Of a DNA stretch of 64,000 nt, positions 59,133 through 64,000 are shown piece by piece. The DNA is taken from contig JBOHNX010000001.1 of NCBI GenBank assembly GCA_050730875.1, positions 425,972 through 489,971 on the forward strand. Direction: 5' to 3'. Both the position numbers and the translations under genes were made by a program. The notes beneath the pieces are model-generated. The model did not search any database. It was not told the origin of the DNA and saw only the letters and a list, made by a program, of their open reading frames with translations. Position 1 is the stretch's first letter; each line of letters starts with the position of its first letter. This DNA is from Candidatus Saccharimonadales bacterium (GTDB taxonomy: Bacteria > Patescibacteriota > Saccharimonadia > Saccharimonadales > EFPC-124).

Positions 59133-59930
59133 CTACCCCTCTGACGGAGTAACACGAATTTGTCTTTGCTCAAGGGAGTGCATATCAATACCGCTTATTA
59201 TAGTCTCAGTTTCGTTATATAGTCGGTCAAGTATGTTGATATTTTTCTTTATAGTGGACATGTGGACTTTTAAATAATTCGGCTCATATCTCACGCCATT
59301 AAAGTGCTTGTGAAAGAACTTAATCGCATCGTTATACTCAGCATTAATTGGTTTCTTTGTGGGTGTCTTTGTGAACTGACCAAGCAAATTGACTACGCCT
59401 GAATGCTTCTTTGTTTTTAACTCAACTAGCGGGCTTGTAGCTAGCCGTGCTTTCAGTAAGTTCTCCGCCGCAGTCGTAGCAAGTGCAAGTGTCGTTCGGC
59501 GCGAAGTCTTCTGAGTAATTTTAGCCTGGTCAAGAAACTCTTTGCCCAAGTCTTGATAACCTCTGGCAGTCTCTGCGCCGTAAATGAAGCTGAAACTTAT
59601 ACTCCACTTGTTTTCTCCTTGAGAGATAAGAGTAATATGCCCAAAATTTAGGTCGTCAGGGTCTCTTTCCGCCAAGTGTAAATCTTCAATATCATTGTAG
59701 GTTATGCTTTCCCCGATTTTAACGGCTCTTTTGTATCTACCAATAATCTTTCCCTTAACCTCACCGTTTAGCCTTACTTTATATGACCCGTCCATACCAA
59801 GTATCACCTGCGCAGCCCTTAGCACAACCGGCAATGTTACCTCACCTCGCTTATTGCGTTCTAGAATTTCTGGATGCACCCATATTTTCATCGTTTGGTC
59901 ATATACGGCTTGCGCCATTTCTTGGTTCAT
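59133..59930 (-). CDS. Hypothetical protein (265 aa), possible C-terminal HEPN-like helical domain
   Basis: AT-rich gene. The C-terminal half has AAENLLKARL...KKHSGVVNLL...FFHKHFNGVRYEPNY, reminiscent of HEPN helices with H and R..Y positions. Weak, by eye only. Confidence 0.55.
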   Translation of the reverse strand: MNQEMAQAVYDQTMKIWVHPEILERNKRGEVTLPVVLRAAQVILGMDGSYKVRLNGEVKGKIIGRYKRAVKIGESITYNDIEDLHLAERDPDDLNFGHITLISQGENKWSISFSFIYGAETARGYQDLGKEFLDQAKITQKTSRRTTLALATTAAENLLKARLATSPLVELKTKKHSGVVNLLGQFTKTPTKKPINAEYNDAIKFFHKHFNGVRYEPNYLKVHMSTIKKNINILDRLYNETETIISGIDMHSLEQRQIRVTPSEG

Positions 59931-60022
59931 AATCTCAATTTTAAATGACCTATCTATTAAGTAAAATGCTTATATTTTACAGGGGTGGTGATAATTGCAG
60001 TTAGCAAATATAATGGCGCTAT

Positions 60023-62260
60023 ATGGAAGACCAGAAAAACAGACGCTCTTTATTTGCGAAGCTAACATCGTGGGCTGATATGAAGCTTCTTTCTCTGCGC
60101 AATAAGATTAAATACCGTATAGTTGGCAAATTATCTTCAATACATATAGTTATCGCAATTTTTATTGGACTAACAGTGCTAATTATTGTGGCAAAACGGA
60201 GTTGGTTTGGTAATCCACAGTTGCCGTCTGATATTGCCGAGCTTTACTTTGGTGCCGGAGCGGTCACAGGCGCAATGCTAGCAATAGTCTTTGCATTTAG
60301 CTCGCAGCTTGTATCAAGGGCGTCAGAAGCCTTACCTGCTCGTTACTTTAATATATTTGCAAGGGATACGAGACTGGACACATTCTACATTATTCTAGGT
60401 CTAATTACGGTCCTTGAGTTCACACTTGGCGTGGTGTCGTTAAATAGTTCTGGGCAAATAAATACGCTGCTGTTACGGCTGGGAATTTGGCTTGTATTAG
60501 TAACAGTTATTTTATTGTATTTCTCTTATACACGGCTTATTACCCTTTTAAGTCATGAGCACCAAGTGGCATGGTTGGCAAAATATCACATGAGCCAAAT
60601 TAAGGAGCTGACTTACTTAACAAAGCGCATGGCGCGAGCATCGCAGAGAGGCTTCAAAAACTTAACTGATAATGAAAAGTTAATTATTGAGGGGAATATG
60701 TATGAGCCAATGCAGGCTCAGATAAAAACCATCAACGACAATCTGGATGGCGTAATTGAGCTTTACTTCACTTACAAAAATAAGGGCGATGATTATGCAG
60801 CTCATAATTACATACATGTAGCTTTTGGGATGGTAATGTCCTACACACTATCACGACAAAAGAACTCACTGTTAAAAATTAATCCAGAGGCTGGCTTAAC
60901 TCCTGAAAGCAGTCTTTCAGCATTCTTGCAAACTAGCTTTGAGAAATTAAAAATTATATGGGATAAGGCGCTCGCCGAAAACGATGTTTATGCTATAAGA
61001 AAGTATTTGCGGGATGTTCAGGGATTAGTAAGAGTAAGCTTGATGGTTGAGCATCCCCAATCATCTCATGAAAATCCTGCCTACTTCACTGCATACTACA
61101 ATTTTAGCCAGTTGATTAAAGAAAGTACAAAAGCCAAGAATGTTGATGCACTTTTTGAAATTGCATCCGTTTTAGAGCAAGTCACTGAAATCGCCGTTAC
61201 CAAAAAGCATAGAACCGATGCACTTGAAGCCGTACTAAAAGATATCCAGTCCATCTGTATTGCGACAGCAGGAGGCGATGATGACATGAGTTCGGTAACT
61301 CATAATGTAATTAAAAATATGTTAACGATTTGCAACCGGATACTTACACAAAATGAGATAGATGACCATCGTTTACGGACTATGCAACAGATTGTGCCAA
61401 TGTGTCTGGTGCTCTATATCTTAGGCACAAAAAACAGCCTTACTGATATTGCCGTCACACATTTCGGTGACAATATATTTGCGATGGCTACACATAATAT
61501 GGATGAGCCTCCTACGAAAAAACAAATTCGTAAAGTTATTCAAACATCTAAATTTGTTATTAGCATCCTTCAAAAGTTAGCTTCAATCGCTAACGGCAAT
61601 AGGTATGAAACGCAATCAATGAACCGGTCAATCATGATAATGGCTCATACGCTCACCAAAATTCTGAATGACGAACTTGCTACCGAGCAACAGGCACAAG
61701 ACATACGCTGGATATTAAATGACTTAGCACAACTGCCTGGTTCGTTTCCAGCCCCAGACAAGACTAAGAGCCTAAATGATATTGAAGATTTCATTGACCA
61801 GCTTATACAAGCTGGCGTTATTGCCGTACAAGCTAACCAAATAGATGTTGCTACTAAAATATTTGATGAAATCCATGATTATTTACATAAGATGTTGACT
61901 GACAAAAATAGTAATGTTGAGGTCCACGAAATCTTACACGCAGTAAATGACACAAAGTTAATTGGTGCGACAGCCAGAAAACTAAGAAAGCAAAAGTTAC
62001 AGCAGCATGTAGCGAATAGGATTAGGGAGTTTGAAACCGCATACCATGCAAAGTATTATCCAGGCTATCCCAAAGGATATGACCCCAAGGTAGGGTACAC
62101 TCCCTTACCTCAGATGCTCAGGCAAGAGCGGGATGACTATTCATTCGGCTATCACGGTAGCGGACTTCCAGAATACTTTCATGATGCTAAGGGTGTGTTT
62201 TTACAATCATACACACAGGATGACCTAGATAATTTTGAAGATTATATCTGGCAGCACTAA
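60023..62260 (+). CDS. Hypothetical large membrane protein (745 aa): 4 N-terminal TM helices plus about 560-aa alpha-helical cytoplasmic domain
   Basis: AT-rich (spot count 18/60 G+C at 60121-60180). TM segments around aa 40-57, 73-96, 121-141, 150-172. No catalytic motif recognised. Confidence 0.65.
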   Translation: MEDQKNRRSLFAKLTSWADMKLLSLRNKIKYRIVGKLSSIHIVIAIFIGLTVLIIVAKRSWFGNPQLPSDIAELYFGAGAVTGAMLAIVFAFSSQLVSRASEALPARYFNIFARDTRLDTFYIILGLITVLEFTLGVVSLNSSGQINTLLLRLGIWLVLVTVILLYFSYTRLITLLSHEHQVAWLAKYHMSQIKELTYLTKRMARASQRGFKNLTDNEKLIIEGNMYEPMQAQIKTINDNLDGVIELYFTYKNKGDDYAAHNYIHVAFGMVMSYTLSRQKNSLLKINPEAGLTPESSLSAFLQTSFEKLKIIWDKALAENDVYAIRKYLRDVQGLVRVSLMVEHPQSSHENPAYFTAYYNFSQLIKESTKAKNVDALFEIASVLEQVTEIAVTKKHRTDALEAVLKDIQSICIATAGGDDDMSSVTHNVIKNMLTICNRILTQNEIDDHRLRTMQQIVPMCLVLYILGTKNSLTDIAVTHFGDNIFAMATHNMDEPPTKKQIRKVIQTSKFVISILQKLASIANGNRYETQSMNRSIMIMAHTLTKILNDELATEQQAQDIRWILNDLAQLPGSFPAPDKTKSLNDIEDFIDQLIQAGVIAVQANQIDVATKIFDEIHDYLHKMLTDKNSNVEVHEILHAVNDTKLIGATARKLRKQKLQQHVANRIREFETAYHAKYYPGYPKGYDPKVGYTPLPQMLRQERDDYSFGYHGSGLPEYFHDAKGVFLQSYTQDDLDNFEDYIWQH

Positions 62261-62377
62261 CAATTTACTTTAAAGGCGGGGGTAGGATCTCAGGGTCTAA
62301 CCCTAAACAGAGAGATAAACTCCGATTCATGCTAGATTGAAAACATGCCATCACGCAATACCGTCCGTCAATACGGC

Positions 62378-62941
62378 TCAAACCAACTTTCTCTCTTCAA
62401 GTATTTCTAGTAGTTTAGGAAATTGCTTATACTCATCGCTTCGCTCTAAATTGAAATGACCTTCACCAGTGATAACAATCATCTCCGCGCCCGTCTTAGT
62501 CGCCACATACTGTGCTTGATTGAGTGGCACATAGGGATCATTGTCTGAATGTATAAATAGCAGCTTATTCACACCGTTCCGTATAGCGGTCCAGTCAAAT
62601 TGAACGTCAAAAAGGTTGTCATTTGGCTGCCACTGCAGTGAGTTATTGTGGAACACTGAGACATCTACTATTGCACCAATCTTTTCCATATTATTCTCTG
62701 CAAGAACCAGTGCGAGTATTGCACCGCTTGAATGTCCAACAATCAATGTTCCTTCGTTAATAGGAAACGGACATTGGTCCTTTATAAATAGTTGCCACTT
62801 TCTAAGGCTCGGTTTTTCCGCTTGTGGCAGTTGTGGCAACCATACAGTTAAGCCTTTCGCCTCAAGCTCTTTTTTTAGCCATTGAAACCAGTTACCGTCT
62901 GGTGAACCTAGTGTACCGTGGAGAATAATTGCAGTTTTCAT
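62378..62941 (-). CDS. Alpha/beta hydrolase, YdeN/RBBP9-like serine hydrolase
   Basis: 187 aa. ILHG..GSP..NWF.WL, nucleophile elbow GHSSG, late D..V and GHF. Confidence 0.65.
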   Translation of the reverse strand: MKTAIILHGTLGSPDGNWFQWLKKELEAKGLTVWLPQLPQAEKPSLRKWQLFIKDQCPFPINEGTLIVGHSSGAILALVLAENNMEKIGAIVDVSVFHNNSLQWQPNDNLFDVQFDWTAIRNGVNKLLFIHSDNDPYVPLNQAQYVATKTGAEMIVITGEGHFNLERSDEYKQFPKLLEILEERKLV

Positions 62942-63384
62942 AGACGCTCTACTTCACTTCCGCTGATTACCTCCCCTAAGCCCTCACCTGTAAGCGGTAA
63001 CTCAATTTCCTTTACTACTCCTGCGTTGAGCATTGCAGCATTGAAGTATGCAAGTTTATGTTCGGGCAGATGGGCTAGGAAAACTTGCTTTTCAAGTGCA
63101 ACAGCAACGCCAATTTCTGTTTGAACACCTACCGATGGCTTCTCGTCTAATAAAGCGACCAAGACATCGCTCTCCTCAATATGCTCCATATCTAAGCTGA
63201 ACGCCGAAGCAGGGTCAGCGTCATTGATTTTGTACTGGTCAGCTCGTAAGGCACAGAAAACTGTGTGTCCTAAGGCTTCAACTACACCAAGTGTATTTTC
63301 AAGCCATTCTTTGTATTCAGGAAAAACCTCGCCAGTATCGTAATTTACCTGGGATGAATAGGAAGCTGCAACGAAAACTTTCAT
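62938..63384 (-). CDS. Nucleoside 2-deoxyribosyltransferase-like protein
   Basis: Start ATG 63384 (MKVFVAASY...). D..I..SDVLVALL......GV.TEIG.A.AL.K.V pattern of the NDT-like flavodoxin fold. 4-nt overlap with the hydrolase gene. Confidence 0.55.
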   Translation of the reverse strand: MKVFVAASYSSQVNYDTGEVFPEYKEWLENTLGVVEALGHTVFCALRADQYKINDADPASAFSLDMEHIEESDVLVALLDEKPSVGVQTEIGVAVALEKQVFLAHLPEHKLAYFNAAMLNAGVVKEIELPLTGEGLGEVISGSEVERL

Positions 63385-63560
63385 AACCATATCATAACAG
63401 AGGTTAAAACCTATCCATAGCAGCATCACTATATCTGTTAAAAGCTAACTTTTCTAACTTTTTGAGTCTAATGTTGATACGCACAAACTCAACGACCTTG
63501 CCAATCAGTTTAATTTAGCTTCCGACCACTAGCTATTTAATAGCCGCGGTCAACTTCTGT

Positions 63561-63980
63561 TTAGAGTTCTTCTGCGAGACCAATCAAAATCTGTTCAGGA
63601 CCACGAATATAGCAAAGGCGATAAGAGTTCTCGTACTGAACTATTTCACCGACAAGCTCTGCGCCGTATTTTTGGAGCCTAGACACAGTATCGTCAAGAT
63701 CTTCTACGGTAAACATATTGCGTAGGTAGCCGAGAGCATTCACTGGGGCATTGCGATGATCAGCGATAACAGGCGGGTTGATAAAACGCGATAACTCGAG
63801 ACGGCTGTGTCCGTCGGGGGTGACCATCATAGCAATCTCTACACTTTGGTCACCCAACCCGGTGACACGTCCTGCCCATTTACCTTCAACCATTGCTCGC
63901 CCTTCAAGCTTTAAGCCCAGCTCAGTGAAAAAGGAAATCACTTCATCAAGTGATTCCACCACGATGCCGACGTTATCCAT
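63561..63980 (-). CDS. VOC (glyoxalase/bleomycin-resistance) family protein
   Basis: 139 aa. MDNVGIVVESLDEVISFF..LG..LEG ... paired beta-alpha-beta-beta-beta pattern. Confidence 0.75.
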   Translation of the reverse strand: MDNVGIVVESLDEVISFFTELGLKLEGRAMVEGKWAGRVTGLGDQSVEIAMMVTPDGHSRLELSRFINPPVIADHRNAPVNALGYLRNMFTVEDLDDTVSRLQKYGAELVGEIVQYENSYRLCYIRGPEQILIGLAEEL

Positions 63981-64000
63981 CCTTTTTAGATTAGATTCTT

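Noticed and set aside
60023-62260. 745-aa protein as Zorya ZorA or a MotA-like stator
   Set aside because: No ZorB/MotB-type partner or other Zorya genes are adjacent. The TM arrangement (four clustered N-terminal helices) is only superficially similar.

Overview
About 50% G+C and gene-dense, with most genes on the minus strand. The content is mainly housekeeping: gap fragment, ppa, trxB, murI, pheST, purF, zwf, trmD, rpsP, rnc, nusB, rpmF, leuS, murF, ligA, htpX, tdk. There are four tRNAs: Gln-CTG, Ala-GGC, Leu-TAA and Cys-GCA. I saw no rRNA, CRISPR array, transposase or integrase. The small proteins, many membrane-anchored hypotheticals and gene set suggest a reduced-genome bacterium, possibly Patescibacteria/Saccharibacteria-like, but that is unverified inference. 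Four things stand out. (1) Five single-gene high-G+C cassettes (A 266-770, B 6920-7390, C 11100-12030, D 31300-31840, E 35670-36095) sit in gaps between conserved genes. Each has a near-consensus sigma70-type promoter, a leader, an SD, an ORF of unknown family and a GC-only hairpin. Three are bracketed by their own 10-12 bp inverted repeat. A larger, moderately high-G+C island (47200-48960, including pgl) lies next to tRNA-Ala. (2) leuS carries an in-frame insertion of about 140 codons with a perfect Nudix box. (3) An AT-rich accessory block at the right end (about 59.1-63.4 kb) holds a divergent pair: a 265-aa protein with a possible HEPN-like C-terminus and a 745-aa protein with a 4-TM N-terminus and a long helical domain. 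(4) Smaller oddities: an HNH endonuclease between two tRNAs, an rlmD/rumA remnant clipped by a GH63-like gene, a cysteine-free MsrA homologue, and two long intergenic palindromes. All coordinates for hairpins, repeats, promoters and revised starts were hand-counted. All functions come from motif recognition by eye, with no database search.
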